NCBI RefSeq assembly: GCF_018977255.1 | Contig: NW_024704742.1 | Span: 5,768,001-5,832,000 of the forward strand | Direction of reading: 5' to 3' | Length of the DNA: 64,000 nucleotides | Source of the DNA: Callorhinchus milii | Taxonomy: Eukaryota | Shown: positions 63,688-64,000 of the stretch, piece by piece | How the letters are laid out: each line of letters begins with the position of its first letter | Position numbering within the stretch: position 1 is the first letter of the stretch | Translations under genes and position numbers: made by a program | Notes under the pieces: generated by a model | Database searches by the model: none | The model's input: only the letters and a program-made list of their open reading frames with translations | Told to the model about the DNA's origin: nothing

Positions 63688-64000
63688 TAATAATCCTTGC
63701 ATTTGATACAGCGTCTTATCATGCTTCGAGATGTCTCAAAGTGCTTCACAGAATATACTATAAAGTGAATTGACTGTATATTTTGTGGGTAAAACGCAAT
63801 TGCACACAGCAGCGTCCCACAAACAGTTGTGGATTGACTGACCAAATTATTGTTATTTATTCATAACGTGAAGTCACATTGTGCTACAAAAGCTTCATAT
63901 TCAAGCTTATAACTGAAGCTTATTACAGGTATGAGATTTTTGGGGGGGAACTGATTATTACCATCGGAAAAGCGATCCGCCAAGCGACTAAAACCGGATT
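63688..64000 (-). mobile_element. SINE (long subfamily), interrupted and running off the window end
   Basis: taatccttgcatttgatacagcg...cccacaaacagttgtggattg tail and core; aaagcgatccgccaagcgactaa segment at the end. Confidence 0.75.

Overview
Vertebrate nuclear DNA, most likely from a cartilaginous fish (inferred from the repeat content: tRNA/Deu-type SINEs with L2 tails, CR1 and L2 LINEs, and hairpin elements typical of sharks). It carries the MFHAS1-ERI1-PPP1R3B gene cluster. MFHAS1 (+) is represented by the 3' part of its large Roc-COR exon 1, exon 2 and a probable 3' exon. ERI1 (-) is complete: seven exons splice into a 319-aa frame, with only Met-Lys-Ser in exon 1. PPP1R3B (-) has one coding exon that carries a 1-nt frameshift. 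The rest is intron or intergenic DNA dense in SINE, L2 and CR1 fragments, plus several tandem repeats. Most notable: (1) a six-copy family of inverted-repeat elements with a minimal hammerhead-ribozyme core, as in Penelope-like retroelements; (2) a 31-bp phased E-box/GC-box array in the ERI1 promoter; (3) a ~5.9-kb G/T-rich structured satellite filling ERI1 intron 1; (4) competing splice donors at the MFHAS1 stop codon; (5) a CR1 inserted into a SINE tail that then expanded into a minisatellite. Most short ORFs in the supplied track are repeat-derived artefacts.
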